NCBI GenBank assembly: GCA_031425655.1
Contig: JANPJS010000312.1
Span: 1-64,000 of the forward strand
DNA: 64,000 nucleotides
DNA from: Abditibacteriaceae bacterium
GTDB taxonomy: Bacteria > Armatimonadota > Abditibacteriia > Abditibacteriales > Abditibacteriaceae
Reading direction: 5' to 3'
Shown in pieces: positions 29,601 through 38,369 of this stretch (positions within the stretch are counted from its first letter, which is position 1; each line of letters opens with the position of its first letter). The notes beneath the pieces are model-generated. The model saw nothing but the letters and a program-made list of their open reading frames with translations, made no database searches and was not told where the DNA came from. The position numbers and the translations under genes are program-made.

Positions 29601-30139
29601 ACCGATGCGGGAATGCCCGCTTTGGGCTGGCCGGTCGCGGCGTCTAAAGCGTTCAGCGTGAGAATATATTTGCCGTTGCCATCGGCCATTTTGCAGGTGG
29701 CGTAAAGCGTATTCGTGGCCGGATCAATGACCGGCGTGGCGATAACGCCATGATAATGTGTCGTGTAGCCCGCAGGCACCAGGTTGGCCCACCAAATCGG
29801 GTTGACGCGCGAAGCATCATCGGCATCGAAGGCCCACATCGTGCCCAATTCGGTGCCGACATAAACCAAATTTCTCACGCCCAAACCCGGCACGTTCACG
29901 CCGCTGAGAACCAAAGGCTGCGACCAGATTTTGGCATCCACGCTGCGCGAAAACAGCTTGCCGAATCCACTGACCTTTACATTCGAGGTGTTAAGCGCGG
30001 CTTCGCTGAGATTGGCGCCGGTGCGCGCGACATCGTTGTGCTGCGTCAAAACGCTGACTTGTGCCGGCGCCGGGTTCTGCCAAGCTGACAGCAGCGCAGC
30101 GGCGGCAAGAATTACTTTTGTTAATAGATGATGTTTCAT
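26639..30139 (-). CDS. Large secreted protein: PQQ-like beta-propeller, FN3, Ig-like repeats and a C-terminal domain
   Basis: Signal peptide; VLTQHND.ARTGAN, QRPALLL, DLDLGSAGP, VANGKVYV; FN3 (P.NLTATPGN..V.LKW, YFYKVSASN); PTISITSP Ig repeats. Confidence 0.85.
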   Translation of the reverse strand: MKHHLLTKVILAAAALLSAWQNPAPAQVSVLTQHNDVARTGANLSEAALNTSNVKVSGFGKLFSRSVDAKIWSQPLVLSGVNVPGLGVRNLVYVGTELGTMWAFDADDASRVNPIWWANLVPAGYTTHYHGVIATPVIDPATNTLYATCKMADGNGKYILTLNALDAATGQPKAGIPASVQVNASVPGTGIGSVGGVMTLNQNLARQRPALLLLNNIIYLSFGAVAGEAPTDTFYGWIVGYDATTLQRKFAWCGAPDGQGATLWASGQGPAADSSGNIYVMTGNGTFDANSGGKNYGDSFVKLAASANKTSINVLDYFTPWNEKEMERYDLDLGSAGPLVLPGTNYIVGAGKTGWLYLIDRANMGKHRTDNDSQIVQTFPAFSGHFHGSPVYWKSPNLGPMIYGWSEEDFLKGFRYVNGRFNITPATQSTFTAEDGMPGGFLSLSAYGSSPGTGIIWSLMPFSGDANQGTVPGVLRAFDASDLSRELWNSQQNAGRDALGLYSKFSFVSVANGKVYVPTFSNEIHVFGLLGAQPKPVAPVNLTATPGNTQVVLKWNAVTNAAFYSVKRSLSATGTFTTIAARVAAASYTNTGLTNGTTYFYKVSASNAAGQGPDSNIVSAKPAAPPPTAPTMAISIDFVGGKTAGVPSPMAAGELAGVVRVSNWNNALTQAGTLNALKQNGGAVSTASVTWSANGIWNTAITETAGDARMMKGYLNTGNTTTTTVTVSTLPAAFTQNGYDVYVYCDDDNGFATRSGVYKIGSLSYKNTDAQGVQFNGSYVNGSNRTGNYVKFANLGGAAFTLSATPGPSGDTSPRAPINGLQIVARTYPLTYPTISITSPANNAVLTGFAGANGTASATNGSGIASVTVSLSRLKTGTTTSEYWNGATWGATRVYVEAAYIASSGTWQWNDNVPLGAQLVDGKYTLIARALDNSTLTKTRTANFTLDRTAPTVTISTPGNGATLSGLSSVAGTFSEGGSGIDRVDLVIRRASDNKRWSFTTWVPQETGISTVINGTNWNCTQYLPSGTDLANGLYYLKAVAFDKAGNTAAKQISVTISKPAASRIAASSITVSRAWALAEEDAVQLSFTGRPSEDALSDKNRFIVTVNGKAVPIEGMSYDLDFQSLLLVLHQGALQKGDTVTITRPQLLDTQGRAIVAGTLTIAAQ

Positions 30140-30219
30140 GTTGATTCCTGACGAACAACTCCGCTATGCGGGATTATTGCCAAGCAAAGATACGCAAAGT
30201 TTTGTTCGCTTAAATGGGC

Positions 30220-31050
30220 TTAAATAATGAAGCGATCCGGGTCGAAACCTGCGGTTTTGAATTCGGCGGTTGCGCGCCGCGAAAAGCGCATCGGATCGTC
30301 TTCGTAGGTTTGCGAAACTTGCAAGAAAAGCTCCACAACACGCGGCAAAGCCAGCGCCATCGCTTCGAGAACTTCGCTTTGAGTCAAAGGATGCGGCGCG
30401 ATGCCGGCGGCGAAATTCGTCACGATGGAAACGCCCGCGTAAGAAATGCCGGCTTCGCGCGCGAGGGTGACTTCGGGCACGCCGGTCATGCCGACCACAT
30501 CGCCCCATTGGGAAAAAACGCGGATTTCCGCCGGTGTCTCGAAGCGTGGGCCTTCGGCGCAAACGTAGGTGCCGCCGTCGTGCAAAGCGAGGCCGAGTTG
30601 AGATGCGCCATCCAAAAGCAGCGTCCGCAAATTCGGGCAATAAGGCTGTGTAACGTCAATATGCACGGCGCCGAAATCGAAGAACGTCTTGGCGCGTGAA
30701 ACCGTGCAGTCAATGAATTGGTCGAGCAAAACTAAGGTGCCGGGCGGCCACTCTCGGCGCATTCCGCCAACCGCCGTGGACGCGAGAATCGCCGTCACGC
30801 CGAGCTTTTTCAAAGCCGCGATATTGGCGCGATAATTCACGCGATGCGGCGGCAAATGTCGTGAAAGGTGCTGCGTTTGCGGGTCGGGGTTGGCATGGCG
30901 ATGCAAAAACGCGATTTCGTGGCCCTCAAAGCGCGCCAGCGTCACTAAAACGCTGCCATGCAGTGTGGTCACGATTTCTTCGCGTGCGCCTTCGAGCGGC
31001 GAATCTTCGCCGCGCAAATCCACGCCCGTCCCCCCGATAATAGCTAACAT
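30220..31050 (-). CDS. mtnP: S-methyl-5'-thioadenosine/thioinosine phosphorylase
   Basis: IIGGTG, PPHRVNYRANI, EGPRFETPAE, VVGMTGVPE, VTNFAAG. Confidence 0.93.
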   Translation of the reverse strand: MLAIIGGTGVDLRGEDSPLEGAREEIVTTLHGSVLVTLARFEGHEIAFLHRHANPDPQTQHLSRHLPPHRVNYRANIAALKKLGVTAILASTAVGGMRREWPPGTLVLLDQFIDCTVSRAKTFFDFGAVHIDVTQPYCPNLRTLLLDGASQLGLALHDGGTYVCAEGPRFETPAEIRVFSQWGDVVGMTGVPEVTLAREAGISYAGVSIVTNFAAGIAPHPLTQSEVLEAMALALPRVVELFLQVSQTYEDDPMRFSRRATAEFKTAGFDPDRFII

Positions 31051-31056
31051 TTCAAG

Positions 31057-31125
31057 AGTTATGAGTTTTGAATTTTGAGTTATGAGTTTAGTTCACTCAA
31101 AATTCATAACTTAAAACTCAAAACT
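31057..31125. repeat. Inverted heptamer tandem repeat (gagttat/gagtttt versus aactcaa)
   Basis: agttatgagttttgaattttgagt ... actcaaaattcataacttaaaactcaaaact. Confidence 0.75.
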
Positions 31126-31130
31126 GCCGT

Positions 31131-31292
31131 TCAGTCGTCGTCAATTTTTAGCTGGCGACGGAATTCGTCGGAAGCTTTGCGAATTTCGCGCATTCCTTTG
31201 CCCAACATCTTGGCGAGTTCGGGCAATTTGTCAGGGCCAAACAGCAATAGCACTAACACGAAGATAACAATAAGTTCGCCTGATCCTGGCAT
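31131..31292 (-). CDS. tatA: Twin-arginine translocase TatA/E subunit (53 aa, absent from the ORF track)
   Basis: Translated by hand: MPGSGELIVIFVLVLLLFGPDKLPELAKMLGKGMREIRKASDEFRRQLKIDDD. Confidence 0.9.
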   Translation of the reverse strand: MPGSGELIVIFVLVLLLFGPDKLPELAKMLGKGMREIRKASDEFRRQLKIDDD

Positions 31293-31319
31293 ATTTCCTC
31301 GCGCGGCGGCGCCGCGATT

Positions 31320-32558
31320 TTATTCAATTTCCGGCCAATCCGTCATCTGGGCCACGACTTTCTGACCGGATTCCAAGCGCGTCGTGTCGGCGCAAACCAC
31401 CAGCAGCGCGTTGGCGCGTGTCATGGTGGAAAGGCGTCCGCTGCCTTGATCCCCGGTTAAATTCGCTTTCCAGCCATCGCCATCGGGCGCAACCAAAGCG
31501 CGCACGAATTCGACTTTGCCCGCTGGAGATTTCAACGGCGCGTCTAATTTTGCGGTTACCTCAACGCGCCGCAGCGCACGACGGCCCAGCATTTTTAAAA
31601 GCGCGGGCCGCACGAACTGCTCGAACGTCACCATCACCGACACAGGATTGCCCGGCAAGCCGAAAACCGGGACAGTGCGCCCGTCGCTTTTCCATCCGGC
31701 AAACATCACAGGCTTGCCCGGTTTCATGGCGATTTTCCAGAAATGCACCGTTGCCTGAGCCAGCAGCACGTCGCGCACCGGATCGAAATCACCCATCGAA
31801 ACGCCGCCCGAAGTCACGATGGCATCGCTGCACAGTGCGGCTTCTCGCAACGCTTTTTCAAACTCGCCTGTGTCGTCGCCGACGTGCATGAGGCCGGCTT
31901 CAGCGCCCGCCGCCTGCACTAAGGCGCTCAGCGTGAACGAATTGGAATCACGAATTTGGCCCGGTTTCAATGGCTCGCCGGGCGAAACCAGTTCGTCGCC
32001 CGTCGTCAAAATCGTCACGCGAGGACGGGAAAAAACTTCGACCTGCGCTTGATTCAAACTCGCCAGCATTCCCCATTCGGCAGCCCGCACGACGCTTCCG
32101 GCCCGCAAAACCGTTTCGCCTCGTCGCACATCGTCGCCGGCGCGCCGGATATTCTGGCCGGGCCGCGCCGAAGCCAAAATCGCCACACTTTCAGCGTTTT
32201 CGTGCGTGTCTTCGCGCATAATCACGGCATCGGCGCCGGGCGGAATCGGCGCGCCGGTCATAATTTTGGCGCAGGCGCCGGGTGTGACTTCAACTTGGGA
32301 AAAATCTCCCGCCGCGATAGTCTGGACGACGCGCAAAGTGACCGGCGAATTTTCCGAGGCGGCTTGCACATCAGCGGCGCGCAGAGCGTAGCCGTCCATC
32401 GCGGAATTGTCGAAGGGCGGCAAATCAAGCTCGCTCCTGATGTCGCGCGCCAAAGTTTGGCCCAGCGCATCGGCGTGTGGAATGGTGCGCGCCGTTAAAG
32501 TCTGAATATTTTCGAGGATGATTTGCAGCGCCTCATCGGGCGTTACCATTTGGCGCAT
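31320..32558 (-). CDS. moeA: Molybdopterin molybdotransferase
   Basis: PPFDNSAMDGYA, IMTGAPIP, TGDEL, TSGGVSMGDFD, MKPGKP, GLPGNPVS. Confidence 0.97.
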   Translation of the reverse strand: MRQMVTPDEALQIILENIQTLTARTIPHADALGQTLARDIRSELDLPPFDNSAMDGYALRAADVQAASENSPVTLRVVQTIAAGDFSQVEVTPGACAKIMTGAPIPPGADAVIMREDTHENAESVAILASARPGQNIRRAGDDVRRGETVLRAGSVVRAAEWGMLASLNQAQVEVFSRPRVTILTTGDELVSPGEPLKPGQIRDSNSFTLSALVQAAGAEAGLMHVGDDTGEFEKALREAALCSDAIVTSGGVSMGDFDPVRDVLLAQATVHFWKIAMKPGKPVMFAGWKSDGRTVPVFGLPGNPVSVMVTFEQFVRPALLKMLGRRALRRVEVTAKLDAPLKSPAGKVEFVRALVAPDGDGWKANLTGDQGSGRLSTMTRANALLVVCADTTRLESGQKVVAQMTDWPEIE

Positions 32559-32578
32559 GAGAAGAGTTGATCGGAGGT

Positions 32579-33022
32579 TTATTGGCCCGGCGCATCGCCC
32601 GATAATCGGCTGCCACCTTCGGCATAGTATCGTGCGAGATCATCGAGATCGTCCATCGCTGGGTCGGGAACCGGCGGCGCCACGCCCGGCTGCGGCAGGT
32701 CATCGCGCGATTCTTTGGGATGCGAAAAGGCGTGGCGCTGCAAATAAAACGCGTAAGCCAAACCGAACAAAAACATCACTTCGCTAAAACGCGATAATTG
32801 AAAGCGATGCAGACCGCCCCACTCGAAGCTTTCAGCCATGCGCAGCGCCAGCGTAAACGCAAAAAGCACGCTGGAAATGCACAAAATGCGCCACGAATGC
32901 CCAACTTGAGCCGTGCGCAGCAAGCGATACATATCAATTGCCAGCACGGCGGCAACGACACTGAAAGCAAACGACAGCAGCGTGAGAAATTGCAGGTAAG
33001 CGGCGTTGATATTGTCCAGCAT
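32579..33022 (-). CDS. Hypothetical membrane protein (3 TM)
   Basis: Three hydrophobic segments; co-oriented between ispE and moeA. Confidence 0.65.
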   Translation of the reverse strand: MLDNINAAYLQFLTLLSFAFSVVAAVLAIDMYRLLRTAQVGHSWRILCISSVLFAFTLALRMAESFEWGGLHRFQLSRFSEVMFLFGLAYAFYLQRHAFSHPKESRDDLPQPGVAPPVPDPAMDDLDDLARYYAEGGSRLSGDAPGQ

Positions 33023-33062
33023 GAAAGGTTCCCGGCACAGGTTTGCTTGCCTGTATGCTATT

Positions 33063-33977
33063 TTAACCCGCTTTCTCTTCGCCGGAAAACCGCACTGCCT
33101 GGTCACAGAGCGGAATTGCGGCCACGAACTCTAAATTCAGCTTGTCACGCTGGTTTTCGAGGTGCGAAACCGCTTTGCGCGCCGCGTTTTCACTGTCGAA
33201 AATGCCGAACACCGCCGAGCCGCTCCCTGTCATTTCAGCGCCCAAAGCGCCGTGTTCGAGCAAGAGATTTTTTAATTGGCCGATGTCGAGGCCGAGATGT
33301 TGTGCTGCCGGCGTCAGGTCGTTGCCCAACACTTTCGCCGCCTGTGTTAAGTCGCCGGAGCGCAGGCAATCCAGCATTCGCGGCGTATGCGCGCTCACAG
33401 GCGTTTTCACGAGGCAAACTTCGTCCCACGCTCGAAAAACCGCAGGCGTGGACAATTTTTGCGGCGGCTGCACGACGACGATCCAGCCCGATAAATCAGG
33501 CAAAGGCGACAGTTTTTCACCGATGCCTTCCATTAAAGCGCAGCCACCTTCGAGAAACAGCGGCACGTCGGCCCCGACCTTCGCGGCTACGAGGTGCAGC
33601 GATTTTTCGTCGAGCAAATTCTGGCAGTGGCGGTTAAGCGCTAACAAAGTCGCCGCCGCGTTGCCGCTGCCGCCGCCCAGTCCGGCGCCCATTGGAATGC
33701 GCTTTTCGACATGGATTTGCACGCCGTTAAACTTGTTTTGTCCCAATTTTTCGGCGGCTTCTCGCCACAGGCGCAGGGCTTTCCAACACAAATTATCTTC
33801 GTTGGCAAGGTGTTTTAAATTGCAGGTAATCTCGAATTCGGGCTGGAAATCGAAGGTCAGGGTGTCCCACAGGCCGATGGTGTGAATCACGCTTTGCAAC
33901 GCGTGATAGCCATCGCTGCGGCGCGATAAAACATCTAATGTAAGGTTGATTTTGGCTGACGATTGAACAGTTATCAC
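33063..33977 (-). CDS. ispE: 4-diphosphocytidyl-2-C-methyl-D-erythritol kinase
   Basis: AKINLTLDV, DGYH, KRIPMGAGLGGGSGNAA, GADVP, MTGSGSAVF. Confidence 0.97.
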   Translation of the reverse strand: MITVQSSAKINLTLDVLSRRSDGYHALQSVIHTIGLWDTLTFDFQPEFEITCNLKHLANEDNLCWKALRLWREAAEKLGQNKFNGVQIHVEKRIPMGAGLGGGSGNAAATLLALNRHCQNLLDEKSLHLVAAKVGADVPLFLEGGCALMEGIGEKLSPLPDLSGWIVVVQPPQKLSTPAVFRAWDEVCLVKTPVSAHTPRMLDCLRSGDLTQAAKVLGNDLTPAAQHLGLDIGQLKNLLLEHGALGAEMTGSGSAVFGIFDSENAARKAVSHLENQRDKLNLEFVAAIPLCDQAVRFSGEEKAG

Positions 33978-34088
33978 GCCGGGAGTTTACGAATCAGCAC
34001 AACGTCATGCCGCAAAAGGAGCTTTGCGGCTGATGTGGAGCAGCGGAGCGGGGCATCAGCCCCGCTATGAAAGGCATCGCCGTCCACG

Positions 34089-35747
34089 CTACGCATCCGA
34101 GCGGCTATCCGTGTCAGATTTGAGGTAGAAAATTCCGGTGCGTGTGCCGATCCACAGGCCTTCGGGCACGACGCAGAGCGCTTGTGCTTCGGGTTCGAGC
34201 CACGGCGCGCGTTCGCGCATCGGCTGCAACTTGCCTTTGGCATCGCGGTGCCAGACGCCTTTTCGCGTGGCGACGTAAAGTCCGCCCGCGCCGTCGCTAT
34301 CCAACGCCGTGACGCATTCGCCGCCAAATTCCGGCGCGACTTGCCATTTGAGGCCGTCCCAACGCGCCAGACCGCCGACGAAGGTGCCCGCGAAAATTTC
34401 GGTGCCGACTTTGGCAAGGCAGGTAATCCAATCGTCGGGCAAACCCAGACGCTCGTCGTGCCAGCGGATTTTTCCGGTGGCGCGCTCGATTTCGGCGATG
34501 CCCCGGCTTTGCGTGGCGAACCATAACGTGTCGCCGTCGGGCAAAAGCGCCATTGGCGGGATGCCTTGCAGCGCCGGTAAATTCAAGAAATGCTGCCAAA
34601 CTCTCCCGTTCCATTCGCTCCAGCCGCCCCATTGTCCGGCAAAAAGGCGCTCGCGGTCGGCGGCGATAGCTAAAGCCTTTTGGCGGGGCAGCGTGGCGAA
34701 GACGTTTTTGTGCCAAGCCGAACCGTCGAAGCTATCTATCTGCCCGCCGCCGTGCCGCACGAACAGCGTGTTTTGGAACGGCACCATTTGGCGCGGCGCG
34801 TTGGACGACAAAGTTTCGGCGTTTGCGTGACGCCAGCCGGCACCGGTGCGAACCGACAGGCCATCCTCCAAAGTGCTGACGAAAAGCGCGCCTTTGAAAA
34901 CGAGCATCGCCTGTGCGTTGTGAGCGAACGGCTCGTCGGGTTGCAGATTCTGACGCCATGATTCGCCCTCGCGCCGCCAGATTCCCGCGCGGCGTGTGCC
35001 CACCCATTGCGGCGTTTTGTCGCCGGCCAATGCGGTGATTTCGCGCGCCTCGTCGGGCACTTGCAACGAAGCCGGTGCCGGATTCCACTTTTTGCCGTCG
35101 GTCAGCCACAGGCCGTCGCCAAAGAGCGCGGCGCATACGTCACGCTCGCGCGGTAGCAGCGCCGAAACGTGTGTCCCGACTCCGCCCGGCAAGGCCAAAA
35201 TTTGCACCTGCGCGCTGTCCGAATCGCGTTGCTTTTGTGACGGCGCGGCTTCGCGCGGCGGCGTGTCAAAGCGTAATCCTGAAAACGTGGCTTCAATCGG
35301 AGCGCCGCGCCACAACGCGCTCGCCGTGACGCGCGGCACGCTGCTGCCCGGTTTTGCCGCGTTTTTGCCCGGCGCGATGGGCGTCCAACGCTCTCCATCG
35401 AAAATCGCCTCGCCGCGCGGCGTTTGTGCAACGACCAAGCCGGTTGCGTCCTTGCGAAAGGCGCGGATTTCGTGGCACGGCAAGCCATCGCGCGTCGTGA
35501 ATTTGCGCCACGCGCCATCGTTCGTGCGCAACAACAGGCCGCCGCCGGTTGCGGCCCACAGTGCATCGCCGTCAAGGAATAAAGAAGTCACTTCGCCGGT
35601 GCTGCTGAAAACCCGGTCGGCGGCGGGCGGCGGAGCAGGCGAGTAGAGCGGCGCCAGCGCGCCCCGGCACGACCAGTCTTGCAAAAGCATCGCGCCAAAA
35701 AGGGCGACAGGCGCCGCGCGGCGCAGAAGAAAAGTGTTACGGTTCAT
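34089..35747 (-). CDS. Secreted beta-propeller protein (two-component regulator propeller-like repeats)
   Basis: Repeated LW.AT.GGL / GLP blades; N-terminal signal-like segment. Confidence 0.75.
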   Translation of the reverse strand: MNRNTFLLRRAAPVALFGAMLLQDWSCRGALAPLYSPAPPPAADRVFSSTGEVTSLFLDGDALWAATGGGLLLRTNDGAWRKFTTRDGLPCHEIRAFRKDATGLVVAQTPRGEAIFDGERWTPIAPGKNAAKPGSSVPRVTASALWRGAPIEATFSGLRFDTPPREAAPSQKQRDSDSAQVQILALPGGVGTHVSALLPRERDVCAALFGDGLWLTDGKKWNPAPASLQVPDEAREITALAGDKTPQWVGTRRAGIWRREGESWRQNLQPDEPFAHNAQAMLVFKGALFVSTLEDGLSVRTGAGWRHANAETLSSNAPRQMVPFQNTLFVRHGGGQIDSFDGSAWHKNVFATLPRQKALAIAADRERLFAGQWGGWSEWNGRVWQHFLNLPALQGIPPMALLPDGDTLWFATQSRGIAEIERATGKIRWHDERLGLPDDWITCLAKVGTEIFAGTFVGGLARWDGLKWQVAPEFGGECVTALDSDGAGGLYVATRKGVWHRDAKGKLQPMRERAPWLEPEAQALCVVPEGLWIGTRTGIFYLKSDTDSRSDA

Positions 35748-35748
35748 T

Positions 35749-38280
35749 TTATTGCTCCATATCCACCGTCACGCTGGTGCGGTTGTGGGCGCGGTCGGTG
35801 ACGATGTAAGTCACGCTGGCCGCGCGATTGAGGAAGGCGGCGGGCACTTCGGCGAGGGCGAAAAAGCCATTAGCGTGCTGCGTTGAAGGCGCGAGTTCGA
35901 TTTTCTCGCCCCACGGGAGCAGCGCGGCAACGCGAGCCGTTTCGTCATCGCCGGCCCATTCGAGGCGAAGACGCGGCGCGGCGTTTATCGCCAGATTTGC
36001 CTTCCCGCTACCCTGCGGCGCCGTCATATCCACGCAGTAGCGCAACTTCAGCGTGCGCCGCTTGCCGTCTTTGTCCACGATGATGACCGTGATGGTGTAA
36101 TCGCCTTCGGCGGCGTAAGTCGGAATGTCGAAGCGCGCTTCCCAACGCTTGTTTTGCGCGTTGAAAACCAGCGTTTTGATCTCGCCGTCCGGCAGCAGCG
36201 CGACAATTTGCCGCGCATCCGGCGATGCTGCGATGCTAATCAGCGGGTCGCCCTGACGCATGAAATACTCATGCGCGTTGATTTCCGGTTGGTTGGCGTC
36301 CACACGCCATTTTTCCCATTGCAGGAATTCCTGTGCGCCGGTGCCCGATTTGGACGCCAGCGAAGTCAATTCTTCGCGCCATGCAGCGATGCGCGTGGCA
36401 TCCGGTGCGGCCCGTTTTTCTGCCGTCAGGATACGATGGGCCAGAACGTGCGCTCGCGCGTGGTAGGCTTGTTGAGGCCGCCAATTGACTCGCCAGTAAT
36501 CCCATCGCGCTCGCTTGTTCGCGGCGTTAAGTTGATCGAATTTCTTCTGCAATTGCTGCGCGGTCGCAGCGTTCTGCCGTCCGGCGACGATTTCCTCGCT
36601 CAGACGATTGGCTACGGTTTCCAATTCTGCGCGGTCAGCTTGTGCTTGTGCGCGCAGAATATAATCTCGCGGCTTTTGGTTCATTTCGCCCGTCAGACGG
36701 CGCAGTTGGAGATCGAGGGCGGTCAATCGTTTGCGATTCGGTTTGGCGGCTCGCTTTTCCTGCACGATTGAGGCGGCGATTTCGTTGGCTGCCCCACCAA
36801 ATAAAGCACGCGCATTTGTTTGCAAATAGCCCTTTGCGGCAAGCCCTGTGGCCCGCGAAAGGCGCTCTAATTCGCGCCGAAGCTCGTGTGTGCGTCGGCG
36901 ATTGGCTGCGGCGTGGCGTTCGCGCACCAGAGCCGTCGCAACTTCGTTCAAGCGCCCGGTAAGGTGTTCCCGCAAAGCCTGCTGCGGATCGTAACCGGCG
37001 GTGCGGCAGGCTTGATCCAACTGCTTTTTCAGGCGGCGTCCGCTCTGGCTGTTTGCGCGGTTTTGAGACACGGCCAATGCCAATTGGCGGCTAAAAAACT
37101 GCACGTCCGCCCACGCCTGCTCGGTTCGATAACGTTGCATTTCCGACTGCGGCACCGCCAGCCACGAAGCGTATTTGCTCGGCAGTGTGAAGCGATAACT
37201 GAGATCAACGACGTGTTCGATGGTGGCAGGCGTGTTGGCCTCCGTCAATTGCGCGATGCGCCGGGATGCCCACAGCTTGGTCGCAAGATTGTTGTCCTCG
37301 CGCGTCTTGCCGAAAATTGCGCTTTGGCGCGCACTCCATTTACCGGATGGCGCCCAGCCCGACACAGTGAAAGTCGCCGCGCCGCTGCCTTTATAACGCC
37401 CGCAAACGATGACTTCGCGTCCCGCCTGCAAATCCGGCAAACGGGCCGGCAAAACATCATAAACGCGCACGCCGCTGATGCTTAACGCTGGTCGCCGCAG
37501 CGACTGGCCGGCGGTTAATGCCAGAGCGAAGAACCCATCCGGCCCGCCGGACGGCGCCGCGTAAAGCGCCGCCCGAAGCGATTGCCTTTTGCGAATCAGA
37601 GTGACGCGCAGGTTCTGCGGCGCGCGATAATTGGCCTGTGACAAATTCAGATGGAAGCCGTCGTCCTCACTCGTCACCGGCAAACTGTAGTTGTTCGCCA
37701 CTTTCTCAATGCTCGCGTCTGGCTTAACCGACACACTGAAATTCAAGGTATCAAGCGTGCCTTTTCCAGCTTCTTCGGACATCAGAGGGAATTCATAAAA
37801 AGCGCCATCCTGAGAAGAACGCAGAGCTTGCGCCAGATGAATTTCCACGCGCAGGTCGGCGTTTGGCTCGATGGGAAAAATGCGGGCGCGCAGCGTGTCT
37901 TTGCCGACCATTTCAACCAGAGCCGGGTCGCGCTGACGAGGCGGCGCCTTGATGTAATTGTAAATCTGCGCGGCCCGCTCTTTTTCTACGATGCGCGCCA
38001 CGACTTTTTCTTCGCCATACCAGTAAGCGAAATATGTGGCCGACGCGCCTTTGGGCAGGGCGTAAATGAAATCGGCCTCGATGCGCTCGGACGTTTCGTT
38101 CTGAAAGGTGTAATTCAAGGTCGTCGCGGCAAATTGGCCGCTGATTTTTACGTCGGCCTTCAATTCCTTCACGCGCAGCGGCGCGGCGTTTTGCCCGTTG
38201 GGTTTCAGCAAAATCTGCGCGTTGCCCGCCGAAGCGCAGAGCGCCAATCCCAAACAACCGATCAAGATGCGACGAAACAT
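35749..38280 (-). CDS. Secreted VIT-domain protein
   Basis: Signal peptide; F.N.....IEA.F.Y.LP.GA, IVEKERA..IY, RDPALVE, RIFPI; no vWA MIDAS motif seen. Confidence 0.8.
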   Translation of the reverse strand: MFRRILIGCLGLALCASAGNAQILLKPNGQNAAPLRVKELKADVKISGQFAATTLNYTFQNETSERIEADFIYALPKGASATYFAYWYGEEKVVARIVEKERAAQIYNYIKAPPRQRDPALVEMVGKDTLRARIFPIEPNADLRVEIHLAQALRSSQDGAFYEFPLMSEEAGKGTLDTLNFSVSVKPDASIEKVANNYSLPVTSEDDGFHLNLSQANYRAPQNLRVTLIRKRQSLRAALYAAPSGGPDGFFALALTAGQSLRRPALSISGVRVYDVLPARLPDLQAGREVIVCGRYKGSGAATFTVSGWAPSGKWSARQSAIFGKTREDNNLATKLWASRRIAQLTEANTPATIEHVVDLSYRFTLPSKYASWLAVPQSEMQRYRTEQAWADVQFFSRQLALAVSQNRANSQSGRRLKKQLDQACRTAGYDPQQALREHLTGRLNEVATALVRERHAAANRRRTHELRRELERLSRATGLAAKGYLQTNARALFGGAANEIAASIVQEKRAAKPNRKRLTALDLQLRRLTGEMNQKPRDYILRAQAQADRAELETVANRLSEEIVAGRQNAATAQQLQKKFDQLNAANKRARWDYWRVNWRPQQAYHARAHVLAHRILTAEKRAAPDATRIAAWREELTSLASKSGTGAQEFLQWEKWRVDANQPEINAHEYFMRQGDPLISIAASPDARQIVALLPDGEIKTLVFNAQNKRWEARFDIPTYAAEGDYTITVIIVDKDGKRRTLKLRYCVDMTAPQGSGKANLAINAAPRLRLEWAGDDETARVAALLPWGEKIELAPSTQHANGFFALAEVPAAFLNRAASVTYIVTDRAHNRTSVTVDMEQ

Positions 38281-38328
38281 AACAACCTCACTATAAAATC
38301 AGAGATGTCATCTCTTATACACAACAGA

Positions 38329-38369
38329 GCGCGCCGCTGCAAGGGAAACTTTGCAGCGGCGCGAAAAAA
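38329..38369 (-). terminator. Possible terminator or hairpin after the regulator gene
   Basis: cgcgccgctgcaa-loop-ttgcagcggcgcg followed by an A-tract on the + strand. Confidence 0.5.

Noticed and set aside
33995..34080. Small hairpins upstream of ispE as a riboswitch or ncRNA
   Set aside because: No recognisable consensus; cannot be supported without a covariance search
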